Source: Botryllus schlosseri (lineage: Eukaryota). Taken from it: DNA of 64,000 nucleotides. This document shows positions 39,543 to 52,000 of this stretch, piece after piece. Location of the stretch: the NCBI GenBank assembly GCA_051294905.1, contig CM119371.1, positions 23,002,001-23,066,000 of the forward strand, in the 5' to 3' direction. A program made the position numbers and the translations under genes. Every line of letters begins with the position of its first letter. Position 1 is the first letter of the stretch. Below the pieces are notes generated by a model. The model did not search any database, was not told the DNA's origin, and saw only the letters and a program-made list of their open reading frames with translations.

Positions 39543-41872
39543 TCAGGTGGATGAAATGGTTGCTTTCGAGAAATCTGCATATCTGTTCCGGTGATCTTCC
39601 ACAGCTTGTAGGAGGCTCGCTCGCTGTTTTTTGTCATCCGTTATGAACGCAGCATAGTCGGTATTCAATTTTGCCATACGCTCTGCTGCATCATTAACTA
39701 CTTCAACAGTATTCACAAATTCTTGAGCACTCACGAAATCCGGATCAGTATGTCATTCCGAAACTGGAAGACTCAACCAATCATGTTCCACATGTATAGC
39801 ATCAACTAGAAACCACGATTCTGGCCCAATCAAATCGACCATACTCATTGACTCAGAGACAGAGTCAGAGATCAGACTGAGAGGCATACCTCTGCGAAAT
39901 TTTTCAGGGATTGGCATTTTCAGCAATTTAGCAGCCATCGCTTCCTTCAGTTTGTCAGGAATCTTTGGATTAGCCGAGAACATGGTAAATACCACCATTT
40001 CCTCAGTTAGATACCAATGATGTTTTCGCAATTTGTTGTATGCCACATCAGCAACAGTGAGATCGCATAATGAAAAGTTTTTCATGTCATGATGGAATTT
40101 GAGATCATTCCAAGGTGCGTCACATGCAATACCAGTTTTCAACCAAGCTGGAACATAAAACAAAGCAATGAATGTATTGATTCGTTCCAACTTTTCAATG
40201 AACTCTTCAGAATAGTCCATTTGCTCACTCCACATGAACATTTTTTGACAGTACAGGACTTGACTCATCCATCTAGCGCTATGAGTAGCACCAGGCTTGC
40301 GAAAACGATGATCAACATATTTGTCATCCAAAATAGCCAAGGTGCCTGTTGCACATTCTCTGTAGTCATCTCTTATCAAGACTTCTTTCTGCTTTCCATC
40401 ATTGAGTTTCATCAGTGGAATTATTTCTTGCTTTGCTTCATCAGCTTTCATCGCCAACCAGCTGCCTTCAATTAACTTCAGCGTTTTATAGCTTCTTGAT
40501 TTATCAATATGTTTCCACTTCTTCTTGAAGGTATTAAAATCCGTATTTTCAGGGCCTGTGGTTGTCGATCCAAACAAACACTTCAAACCTCTCGAATGAC
40601 CAGTTCATAAATATGATGGCGACAGGCATTGTAGAAAACTTTCCTGTTAATCAATTCTTCAAGTAACGGAACCGCACCTTTGTTTTTACCAGTGTTTGAG
40701 GATGTTGTGTCAAACACAAGAGCTCTAACAGATTTTGTTAAATTCCAAAGTTCCAGCAGTTCAAATGCTGCATCAGCCTGTGCTTTTCCTGTAGCACTTT
40801 CCAGAGTTTGAATGCCAAGAAGTTTCCCTTTCTTAAATGCGCCGGAATACGCAGACGATGCGAGCACTGCCAAGGCCTCAAATTGATATCCTAGACGACT
40901 CTTAGTGAGCTTTCCATCCCAGTGCAATGCAATGTGCTCTGGTGGATTGGTGGATATTTTTTCTAAGATAGATTCGGAAATTTTCAAACGATGCGTCGTC
41001 GATAGGTCCCAGATCTTGAAAGATGGAAGTCATTAGGGTTGCCATCGCCAGCTTTAATCAGTGCTGCAGTTATCATGGTAGCGGCATTATCACTGACTTG
41101 CAAGCGATCAAAAACCTGGCATAGGTCTTCGTCGCTGAATAGGTTTACAGGAGCTTTTAGAGTCACAAATTTAGCGGAATGACCAGATGTCGACTGTGCA
41201 AGTTCAAAATCAGTGCTGTGAGAAGTGTCAGCCACCTGTGAAGATATAGATGAGCTCTCTGCAAATTCACCTTCGCTACTTGATGCTGGTGCAGACTCTC
41301 TTGCACTCATGGTCCGTCTCTTTTGTTGCATGATTTTCGCTTTCAACACTTTATCTTTGCCACCGATCGTTGCTAATCTCGGACCCCTTTGATCCTGATA
41401 AAATGCTATGTCTTCACGTTTTTTTTATCGTCAGAAAGAAGTCTACTTGCTTCAATTGTCGCTATCGCGTCAGGGGCTCCTATATCCCATAGCTTACTCA
41501 GTTTGGCTTCAAAGTCGCTTTGTTTTTTTGATACATATTGCCGGCCTGCAGTTTTCTTTAGTGGTTGTTTCCATACTGTTTCCAATCTTTTAGTGGCATT
41601 GACTTTTGTGATAGTCTTTATGCCAGCAAGTAACCAAAAACCGATCACTTCATCTACTGCGATCTGGATGTGTGACTTGACTGGTTCATTTTTTTAAAAT
41701 GAATGCTCTCTCAGGTGTAGCACATATTGCATAACTTGCCTCAGAGTGGGCAACTTCGATCCCGTAATGGCTTCCTCAAATGGCCCAACTAAGAAATGCT
41801 GTGTCTGCGATGGTGTTCTTCTAGTTTTCTTCGGTACTGCTGCACTAGATGACGATTTTTTTTTTCAGACAT
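39543..41872 (-). pseudogene. Frameshifted DDE transposase (~770 codons) of the 39009-44809 element
   Basis: Motifs in order: GSKLPTLRQV, HWDGK (D1), FDTTSSNTG (D2), CRHH (CxxH), HSARWMS, VNDAAER (E). Split over five track ORFs plus an N-terminal piece. Confidence 0.9.
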
Positions 41873-42410
41873 TTCGCACTACAGCTAATCCTAGAAAAAC
41901 AGATATACATAAACTCTAAACTCAGTCAAGCAACAAAGAATAGTGGAAAACATTTCAGTTCTTTTAGAGTTTTAGGTCGAACACATACTGCATAACTTGC
42001 ACAGGAGTAGCCAGATTAGATCCAGTTATAGATTATCGAAGCTAGTTATTCCTAAATTGGAAAAACTCATACCAGTATATTGATATCTTGGGATATAACA
42101 AAAAATTTAGAGCAACCGACTGGCGGTTTTCCCCAGTCACTGGAATAGACATTTGCAAGCTTTGTTTCTATCCCAGTAGAAAGGAAAAGAGTATCAGGTC
42201 TATTATATCAAATAGTTGTATACTGCTATAATACTATGTTCACTAATCACGCGCTAAACTCGCTAATAGCATGAGTCAAAACGCCGCCTGATAAGTCCTG
42301 AACCTCTATCGTAAACACAGTCCATCAACAACAAAGCAGCAAGGCACCTGACTAATCAATGATCCCCGTTTCACAGCCGTGCTCAGCGCTTCATCAGCGC
42401 TAGAACATAC

Positions 42411-44573
42411 CAGTGATGAGCGGAGTCTGCTTTTTGAGACTCCGAGTCCCTCCGACAACTTTGGTCTCTGAGGCAAAGTCCTTCCGACTCCGAGGAGCTC
42501 AATCCCAGACTCCGAGATAACCCGAAGAATCTTGTCCAGTCTCCGAAACATCCATATCGGTAGAGGTAGTTACTCAAAAACATTGTCGAATAATCCCAAT
42601 GATAGCAACTCTTAGTTCCTCTGACAGCTTCCGCTTCAAAGATGAAGCCTCCTCATCCAACTTACGTTTCACCATAAATCTGGATGGCACTTTCTGCACT
42701 CACTTTGCCATGCATTGCCCCAATTTCGATCAAGGCATCAGCCATCTGCTTAAGGCCCTTCCCCTCAACAGAGCTCAGTGGTCTCATATCATGGGATACA
42801 AAGGAGACAACACCACGGCAAACCTTCTCCTTTGATTTCTCGCTTACTTTTTTGTTGGAAGAAAGAAAGGAACTTATCTTCAACTGCGATCCATTCTTCT
42901 TACACGCTTCGATATGTCTTCGAAGATGCGACGTACCACTTGTCAAATTGTGATGCTTTAGCTGAACATTGCAATTTTGACATCTCGCAAACCCAGTATA
43001 CTGGCCATCATTATCATGCATCGGAGTGAAATCCTTCCACACGTCACTTTTTTCTGCCTCTTTGTGGGTAACCCACTTGACGTCGACAGGGAAAAACCAG
43101 TCAGTCCGAACTAACTACCACTAACATCGACGATCACATCACAGGTTTCAGTAAATTAAGTTCCGCATCGCCAAGAAACAGTTGCTGGAGCTGCACTAAA
43201 CAGATATGATGCATCACTGACGCACCGATCGACGCTCCTTGGAGTTGACTAAATGACTATTGACTTCCAATTTCAAAGCAGCTACATGATATCTGGAATT
43301 TGGAGTTTGAGACAGACCAGCAGCAGAAACTTGTTTACGGTGCTGATTTTTCTTATCACATCAAAGTCATTTCTCAATCAAACCAAACATTACATGACGA
43401 AAATTCAGAAGAGTTCTGGATGACTGATTACGTCAATCAATATTGAAGGAAGCGTAGTTGATGCGAGCTGCGAGCAGAGCAAAGCAGACGGTTGTAGTTA
43501 TTTAGTGTGGCTGTTCAGAAATTCGGAATATTTTGTTTTTACAGGGCAAGATCAGCTTACCTTAGTGATTTATGTATTGTTGAAATCTTTGAAACGGGCT
43601 TAGATGCTGGTATGCCTCTGTGAGCGGATCTTACTATCGAAAATTCGTCGCACCGTCATTAAATCATTATAACACATTGCATAAGTTATTATTGTTTCAA
43701 TCCAGAAACTTGCTTGTTGTATCTATATTTCTCACAGATATAAAAGTAATATTGATGTAACACTTATTTTCGATATATCTCTCACTGCAAAGTGCAAGTA
43801 CGATGAAAGTTGCGAAAAGTTATCACAAAAGTGGTATCGGATATTATCTTGTTTCAACTGATACTAACGTTGGGAATACATTTTCACAAAATGGACCTAT
43901 TACTACGTTGAATGTCATCAGGATAATGGGATGTATTCCGTTATGATCATGAACTTGCTGGAAGAATCAGGGTAGCTAAAGGTTGTACGATTGGGAAGCC
44001 CCGCTTTATGTTGCTGATTGGAAATGTTTCGCACAATTACTGGGGTAGCATGAAAATCAGTCACGAAACAAATACGCATGGAGGAATGTGACTATAGAAG
44101 ACTGCAATGACAGCAATTTGGAAGATTCTGGAGATCTTATCTCATAATATGGTGACATTCAGTTGTGGATGCAAAGACTGCATCTCAAGGCAGGAAGCAA
44201 ATGATGCACTGCGAATGATATTGAGCGCCTTTAATTTTGTGAACTACAGACACATCTCAACGAAAATGCCTTGCTAGATCACTAGGTTACTCTCCAGTCC
44301 CCAATTGCAGTGCAGATGGCTGATTTTTATGCACTTGGCAATCATTTTTGCATGTTACCCGTCATATTACAACTTTACAAGGTGTCAACTGTATGTGTTT
44401 TGGTTTGTAATCAATAGTGTCTTCTGGTCAGAGCTGTCGAAAAATATCGGGGGCAAAACTTACAACACTCCGGAAAAATATCTGTAGTAAACTCCGAGTC
44501 CACTCCGAGTATCACAAAATTGGCAAAACTCCGCTCCGAATACACTCCGACTCCGCTCCGATGCTCATCACTG
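42411..44573 (-). mobile_element. 2163-bp internally deleted hAT (Hermes/hobo-type) nested in 39009-44809
   Basis: TIR CAGTGATGAGC, exact TSD GAACATAC, ACTCCG subterminal repeats at both ends. Confidence 0.93.
42600..43042 (-). pseudogene. N-terminal fragment of a Hermes/hobo-like hAT transposase (BED finger plus DNA-binding domain)
   Basis: WKDF..CQNC..SGTSHLRRHIEAC followed by DMRPLSSVEGKGLKQMADALIEIGAMHG; no catalytic core before the TIR. Confidence 0.85.
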
Positions 44574-45233
44574 GAACATACCCGTCACGTCAATGAGAAC
44601 ACACGCCATTCCTGTCGAGTCACTGACAACGGGGGAATCCCCTAATTCCGAAAAAAATTTAAGGTGCATGAGAAAACGGCAATGTGCACACGGATGCAGG
44701 GGATGAATTACAAAAAAAAGTTGCCAGAATTTGTTTTTAAGGTATAAGGCATGGGAAACGGACTGAAAACCTAGACTTTTTGAAAGTCAGTCAATTCTGA
44801 ACAACCCTAGAGCACGTGTTATATTTCTCGCCCACCAATAATAATATGATTGAAAAACAACGAACGCAATGTAACATTAAAGGGAAGGTATTATTGATGT
44901 CATAATTATTCATGATCGGTACTCGTGACGTCACATAATACATAATGCGGCACATGGACCGATTCGGCGAAAGAAAAGGTTGGAAAATAAAAACAAATAG
45001 CGCTCCGTCACCGTAAAGGGTAGGTATTATATAAGTTATATTGCAGGGGGCCTGAACGGAGGTAGGGGGAAATATAGTAAAATTGCATTATGTCACGCTT
45101 TGACGAGTTGACGAGCTACCGTGCGGGAGACAGCGAGGCTTGCATCCTGAGTTGAGCTAAAAGCCAACTGCTATCGGTTTATAGCTAATCTGCATATATG
45201 CACAATGCAAACCACGGATATAACGAATATTAT

Positions 45234-45511
45234 GGTTGCCCGACATATGAGCATGCGACACAATGGAAAACGACAGTTCAGCATGCGTCACTTCAGCATG
45301 TGACTGTATAACCCAAAAACTTACCCTAACCCTAAACATAGCCTAACCTAACCTAACCTAACCTAAACCCTAACCCTAACCCAACCATAAATCCAACCCT
45401 AACCTACCCCTAACCACTAATTTAACCCACATGCTCATGTGTCGCATGCCAAATTGTCGCATGCCGAAGTCTCGCATGCTGTAATGTCGCATGCTCATAT
45501 GTCCACGGACC
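45234..45511. mobile_element. 278-bp MITE with 9-bp TSD (Mutator-like) and CCCTAA/CCTAA-rich core
   Basis: Inverted ends GACATATGAGCATGCGACA / TGTCGCATGCTCATATGTC; exact TSD GAATATTAT. Confidence 0.85.
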
Positions 45512-45518
45512 GAATATT

Positions 45519-46730
45519 ATGGATATAATACCTGGAAATAATGGGGATTACGCATCTGTAGCAGGCAGAGTGCCACTTAAAGACAGAGTTTACCAGCATA
45601 CAAGGCCAAGATTTTTATTCTTGAAAGTGCCTGAAGAAATGTACTGGGATACAGTCCACGACGAGCTGAAATACAGCAAAATCACAGCAGAATACGAAAA
45701 ATACTTGGAAATGTTGTACCAAATCAGAAAAGGTGTATGGATCGCAACTTTCTGGAACGACGATGAAGGAAGAAACATAAGAGATATGATACACAATGAG
45801 CTGAAAAGGAATCCAGAAGCCAAGCATTTCGAAACTATAACGATAGAACTACCAAGGCTTCCGGCCACACACTTGATACTACGTGGCGTTCCGGCCGAAA
45901 CAACAAAGACAACGGTAGAAAACACAGTCAATAGCTACGACTTCGGTAAAATAGTAAATATGACAAGGGTCTACCGAAGAAATACCAATATATACAACGG
46001 GTATACCAACCTGTGGGTTGAAGAGTTTAACAAAGAAAAGCTACCATCGTACCTGATCGTAGACGGATATACGTGCCACATAAAAACGGCAGAAGAGGCC
46101 TACGCGAAGAAATGCTACCGCTGCAAATCAACTAATCATCTAATTGGAAAATGCCCAATCCCCGCCGAGCCGTACTGCAAAACGTGCAAAGCAAAGGGCC
46201 ACGATACAGCAGTCTGTACCGAACCAAATGTACAAAAAGAAGCACCGCAGCCTAACAGACAAGATCATAACCTGCGCAACACGGCTGCGGAAAGCCAGCG
46301 GGACAGGCTAGACGCAGTAAGCCGCCCAGAAATCCCAGAAGAAACAGTACAGCAAAGGAAAGAAAACAGAAATGAGGACTGGTGGAATGCAACGGCAAAG
46401 AAAAACAAAAGCCAGAAGCAACAACAACCACCAATACCAATGAGACATCGTATAGTACTGAAACCGACAACAGCTACTAAACCAAAATTCGTGCCGGAAG
46501 CACCGACATCACCACCCAACGAAGACAAGAAAGACACCAATGAAGAAAGCAAAATAACAGACGAAGATGAACTCGATAATGACTCGCTGATGTCTAGCGG
46601 AACACCGAAAAGACCAAGAGCCTTAACCAGCAGCGACGAAACAAGTAAACAAACCAAAGCAAAGAAGGTAGACAGTGAATCTGAAGAGTCGACAGGCTCC
46701 GACGAGACACTGAGCTATAACATCCAATAA
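45519..46730 (+). CDS. ORF1 of a Tx1/L1-clade non-LTR retrotransposon (403 aa, open)
   Basis: YASVAG start, RRM-like ILRGVP..FGKIV..YNG segment, two CCHC knuckles (CYRCKSTNHLIGKC, CKTCKAKGHDTAVC), low-complexity tail; ORF2 starts 2 nt after its stop. Confidence 0.9.
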   Translation: MDIIPGNNGDYASVAGRVPLKDRVYQHTRPRFLFLKVPEEMYWDTVHDELKYSKITAEYEKYLEMLYQIRKGVWIATFWNDDEGRNIRDMIHNELKRNPEAKHFETITIELPRLPATHLILRGVPAETTKTTVENTVNSYDFGKIVNMTRVYRRNTNIYNGYTNLWVEEFNKEKLPSYLIVDGYTCHIKTAEEAYAKKCYRCKSTNHLIGKCPIPAEPYCKTCKAKGHDTAVCTEPNVQKEAPQPNRQDHNLRNTAAESQRDRLDAVSRPEIPEETVQQRKENRNEDWWNATAKKNKSQKQQQPPIPMRHRIVLKPTTATKPKFVPEAPTSPPNEDKKDTNEESKITDEDELDNDSLMSSGTPKRPRALTSSDETSKQTKAKKVDSESEESTGSDETLSYNIQ

Positions 46731-46732
46731 CC

Positions 46733-46952
46733 ATGAAAATTGTCAGTATCAACGTTAATGGGAAGTCAGGAAGAGTCGTGGATATTGAACAGTACATAAA
46801 TGACTCGAAAATGGACTTTATGCTAGTGCAAGAAACTCACAGAGTGGATAATAACAAACTAAGCACCTGGGCAGAAAAATTGAGATATACGATCTTCGTC
46901 AACTCAAAGACCAAGAGAAGACAATACGACGGCACCGCGATACTAGCGAGAT
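46733..46952 (+). pseudogene. N-terminus of ORF2 AP-endonuclease, truncated
   Basis: MKIVSINVNG...MLVQETH...GTAILAR, then directly into the right TIR of 38123-47067; no RT anywhere in the window. Confidence 0.88.
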
Positions 46953-47338
46953 CGGAAGTATTTCTGTTAGCTTCTTTCAGGCTAATTGTTGTTTTTTATC
47001 AATAATCTATAGAATGAGACACAATCACGGAGACTTTTTAAGATTTTCCAAATTTTGGACAACCCTAATGCGCACCTTATAGGGGTATCGACATAGACAT
47101 GCAGTCATGATTGTTGGCGGTGGACCATGTATTTTGTGATCCTAAGTCCTAACGAAGTAGCCACGCCTTTCCACGTGGTCACGCTTAAGGAAGATATTAT
47201 CCTTGTTTTGAGACAGGATAATCGGAAGACCGATGGAGCGAGGTTGAGCGCAGCCTACGTTAAAATGAGACATAGGTAAGGGCCTATTTACCACGAAAGT
47301 GCCCAAGAGCGACACGACATTTCATTGACCCGTAACGG

Positions 47339-48112
47339 ATGCATCAGTACGTAGACGCACGTGCCGGATCTTCTTACAGTAGATTGCCATACGCTGAATA
47401 CTGCCATTTGGATGAAGGACTGCGCCTGCGAATAATGAGCGATAGTGAAGAATTAGTTGAAGACCGTGAGACGAATGAGCTTTCGGATAGCATCGGATCG
47501 CTGCGCGATAGTGCTGGGCACTGTTTTGAGTGTGGATTGTTTGCGACGTGGACGGTGCAAGTGACCAAGAGGTTAGATGTTATTTAGATACCATGTGACT
47601 GAATATATCATAATAAAGCATTTCACAGTTGGGGTACTGTAGCATGCTGCACATCATGCTGCGTAAAAGATAACGTTATATTACGCGCGGAAGAGCTTTC
47701 ACCCTGTCTACAGTCGGGCCAGGGATGCCCGAATAAAACAAACCGATCCATGACCGCCCAACGTGATGTGTTGGTCATCACGAACAACAACCAACCAAAA
47801 GACTGGCGCGAACAATTGTGCGACGACCTGTTACGGATCACCACGCCAGAACAGTCCAGCACCGACGGCGAAGGTTCGTCTCATCACAACATGACTGCAA
47901 AACGTACGCCATTGGACAGTTCGATTCATAACCAACCAGAGGATTGGCGCACACACTTTGTCGATGACTTGTTTCGATTCACGAGTCAATCCAATTCCAG
48001 TAGCGACGAAGAAGGCTCGCATAAACGCGCCCGATTCACTGTTAATGATCGGGAACAAATAGCATCATTCTGCTGCAGTTGGAGTAACGCGATCTCGTCC
48101 TGTTCTGAATGA
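47339..48112 (+). pseudogene. GC-richer reading frame with two internal stops: acidic segment, CxxC...CxxC, then a 47-aa tandem repeat
   Basis: Track ORFs 47339 and 47750 are in the same frame: CFECGLFATW..LDVI*IPCD*IYHNKAF..CCTSC, then MTAQRD..NQPKDWREQLCDDLLR / MTAKRT..NQPEDWRTHFVDDLFR. Confidence 0.4.
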
Positions 48113-48449
48113 AGTGAAACTTAATCGAAAATGCATCTTATATATTGTGCGCGAGCTTCACACCTATTTATACAAACCGTATTAATATTATACGTGTAGG
48201 GCGTATTGTGACACTATAATTTAGCGATCGCCAACCCTGACAAAACTGGTCATGAAGGTGCGGTCGGTCAAGTGAAAAATGTGACGGAACTCAAATGCAG
48301 TGAATCGTGTATAGTGTAGTTATACCCACACCATACAGGTCACTATGCTCGCACGATAATAAATAATCCCGGTAGATTATGATATATGTCGCCCGGTAAT
48401 AACGGATGGTCGACGGTGCACAGTGCTAATAGGAATATATACGTCAATG

Positions 48450-49060
48450 ACGTGGTTAAAATCGGGGTGATACAATTTACAACGACTGATATTAGCAATA
48501 CGATTGGCGACACACGCGTGACGTATAATCCTATGGTCGTTTGCTAAGTGCTTTCAGGACCATCAATTGAACGTGACCGTTGTACTTCTCATCCATAATA
48601 CCACTGGTAGACATAATAGGATATGTCGCTCAATTATATACGGATTAAATTCTGCATGACATGCGATTTGATGACGCCCGGTGCTAAACGATGCTCAATG
48701 TGACCCAATGCTCATTTAACTAAGCACCCGTGAAGTGATTATCAATAGATAGGCTACAAGTGAAAACGATTGATAATAGCAATAGGACGGACAAGCTATG
48801 CGTGAGACCTAGTAAGACATCATATTGGTTAAAGCCGTCCATACCGCCAAATGAATGTTATTGTTAGCGCTGATCTGTAGCACTGGTAGATAGAATGGCA
48901 GATATTGCCCAATTGTGTACTGAACACCTGCCAGTATTAGTTACAGGTATTTTCAGCGGTGCGTGATCCGCAAAAAAAATATTATGTATGTGTGATACCT
49001 CGTGACTGTAGCTTCCCATTCGTATGTCCGGTCTCACGGAAAATCGGTACAGACAAACCG
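48450..49060. repeat. Diverged dispersed repeat, copy 1
   Basis: Colinear with 55280-55960 (roughly 75% by eye); internal ~285-bp echo (ACAACGACTGATATTAGCAATA at ~48480, AAAACGATTGATAATAGCAATA at ~48765). Confidence 0.8.
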
Positions 49061-52000
49061 TAAAAAACGCGCATGGGAACCGCTTCTAGGGACCGTCCCA
49101 GTCAACAAAAGTGTGTGCATTCAATGCCGAAACAGGCGAAGAAAGTGCAGGAGAGAAGTGAACGCAACCGTTTTGACACTACAGCGAGGCGGCACCTTTG
49201 ATGTACAAAAACTGATCGCTCTCGAATTAAGAAGATCGATTGTTCTCCTTTCCATCGGTCGGCCAGAGGGATGGGTGTTAGCATTATTAACCAATCCAAT
49301 TGCGCTTGATTATCACGCGGTTTCACCATGCCGTTTCTTCTGCCTAGCTTTGCCAGGTTCGTGAGCACTTGAGCGTGGAGTGATTGTGATGTCATAAGTT
49401 ATCGGATGTTGTTTACCGCTGCACAGTTAGTTTGAATTATATTCCGTCTATACCGGCGAATTGTATTTCCGATATTGTAGCGTTGGAAGGCAATATGAAT
49501 GAAGTCCTTCGTTGAGATAAGTTGAGCAAGTGATATTTCGGGCTATTAATGAAATTTTGTACATGCTTGCTTAGATGTGTATTGATAGTCAAATGGTGTT
49601 TCGAATAGCAGTTCAGTCGGATTAACTGCTTGTTTGCGTTAGGCTTCTAATAGAACTTGATATAAATGCCTATAGTTTTCCGTGTCCTGAAATGTCAGAT
49701 TGGCGGCAACGAACAGCGTGTTAATAGTCAAGTTATTAGTGCTCTGAACGTAATGCGTACTACCGGTCCGTTGATATTTTAATGCTAAACCCCGGAAAAG
49801 TGTCGGTACCCCTCACCGGATCTGGGCTTGTGGTTATGGCTTTGACATCATTTGTTAGTGCATTCATTATTGTATGTACATTGTACATAAACGAAACATG
49901 GGATATTCTCAACCCATCTATTTTCTCTGTCTGCAATATCTGTGACTGAATTTACAAGCATGGATGTTCGTTACAACAGTTGGCATTTCAACTGTTCAGC
50001 CAAATACTATATCTTGTAATAATTTCTGAATAATATTTGTGATACTCTTTTCAGTTAATCTACGAGTTATTTTGTGGCTATACTTAGCCTTTATTGTACG
50101 ATGAAGACTGAAGCCACGAAGTGATTGCGATATGCCCAAATATCAGTATAAGTCTGATGGTGAATTGAAAAGAATGCAGCGTTGGCGAAGGCAGCAGTTC
50201 ATAACATATAGTCCTCTAAGCATCTGTTCAACCTGCATCGACAATGGCCATGATCAGCCGATTATCACTGCTATGGATATCTGGCTGACAGTAGCCTACA
50301 TCGCACGATTATGAGGCCAGTGGAATTACCCAGATATCAGCGACTACGCCAAGCCTAAACTTGGGAAATATCATTCACAATTGGCCTCTGAATGAAGTTG
50401 GCGTGCCACACATTGAGTAGGCTGCTGATGGTAGCTCCACGTTGCTTGATCCTATTCTTCCCGCCAAGGCACACACTTATTTGATAAAACCAGATTTTGT
50501 CAGTATTTCAATTCAACAGCAGGAATAGTTGTATCAAACTTGTACCGGAAAGAAGATCTTTGTATCTCGACTGAAATTAATATGTCGTTTTATGCATTTT
50601 ATATGGATGTCTGTCTGTATTTGACCGGTATTTTGTATGTATATGTTCGTGGTGGATTTTATTATAACTAAAACTATGATGAAAACGTATTGTCAAATTG
50701 TGATGTCTTACAACATAAGGGTCAGTGTGTATGCCAGAAAGCAACAATGATTCAGGTAGCGATAGGGCTACTAGCTGTTGTAAGCTGCAGTAGCGAGAGG
50801 GTAAATGGACGGCAACAACGGGTTAATGAGTTTGCGGCAGAAGTGCGAAAATTGTATCTTTTGAAGCATCATTTTGACATCGAATGCGTATTATATACGC
50901 CGGGCGATCGCTTCCCATTTTGTTGACTGGGGTAGATCGTCATTTTACCGCATCTTAATAAAACTCTTAGTAACCTCCTACGTGCTTTTACAGCATCTTC
51001 ACATCACAGATGAGCTGAACGTACGTAGTTAGTATGTGATGGATTGGCTCGTGCAATCAGCAAATGCAATGATTATGATGAATTCTGACGACGTGAGCAA
51101 TGAGCATGCGATCAGTCTTGCACGATGTATAACTGTATGTAACTAGCCCATTCTAAATGTGTGGGTGACAGTGTAAGCATTAATACGAAGTGACAGCATG
51201 GCAGCTATGTCGGTGAACGAGATACCTAGCTTTACAGCGAGTGTCCGTGAAAGTAGTCGACAACTAGCCCACTTCTGGTCATTCAAATGCAGGGTCCCCT
51301 TTATGGCCCTGTTGCTTCGGGATAATAAGATGAACAGTGCGTACGTATACTCCGGCGGCAAGAAGGCGAGGAGACGAGCTCACGCTCAGTGCGACGGTGA
51401 GTAGTCGTGTATGAATGGTTGCCATCCAACGTAGAGCGTAAATCTATATATAATTTATGTACGATGTACCACAGACGAAAGTCTATATCTATATGTAATT
51501 TATGTGCGATGTACCACAGACGAAAAGTCTATCCATGGCTGCACGAATATCAATCAGTAACGTCCGGTCAACCCTGCAGGCTGCGACTCAGATGAAGGCC
51601 AACTACCTAACGCCACTGGTGGTGACCGAGCCGATCGCGTACATTAATGGAATGTGAGTATGCTACTCGTTATAATGCCGACAGTGCAATATAGTAGTCG
51701 TAGTATTATATAATATATTCTAGTTTTATATGTAGTAGAGTGATGCAGCGGGCACAAAATCTATGCGACTTTTGCACAGGTACGCTGGTTCGTCAACCCT
51801 CATACCGATGAAGTTGGCACGGATGCGCTAACCCGTCCACGTGCTGACCGAGGCCACTCGCAACATCGCCACAAACTCGATGAAAAGCAACGTGGCTGTA
51901 ATGCGCCAGATCAACGCAACAGGATTACCGGCCTTGTCGTGGATATTTCATTACGCAAGGAAGTATAGGAGTTACTTTCGCGACACGCTTGAACTTATGC

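Larger units (their letters stand above)
39009..44809 (-). mobile_element. hAT-superfamily DNA transposon (hATm-like, tentative) with ~130-bp TIRs
   Basis: Near-perfect TIRs TAGGGTTGTTCAGAATTGAC...GTGCACATTG; exact TSD GAGCACGT (39001-39008 / 44810-44817). Confidence 0.95.
38123..47067. mobile_element. ~8.9-kb composite element bounded by ~110-bp imperfect TAGGGTTG TIRs
   Basis: Left TAGGGTTGTTCAAAATTCGGAAAATAT vs reverse-complemented right TAGGGTTGTCCAAAATTTGGAAAATCT (24/27), similarity continuing through TAGATTATTG..AAAACAA..GCCTGAAA. Flanks ATGCACGT / ATGCGCACCT are only an imperfect TSD. Confidence 0.7.

Noticed and set aside
45330-45430. CCCTAA-rich tract as an interstitial telomere (also 38600-38825)
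   Set aside because: Imperfect, short, and enclosed within a MITE bounded by TIRs and a 9-bp TSD.
45590-46797. Several minus-strand ORFs
   Set aside because: Antisense shadows of the A-rich retroelement ORF1.
49380-49800. TNNLT string as a parvovirus capsid motif
   Set aside because: Five-residue coincidence; alternative frames are similarly open because the strand is AC-rich.
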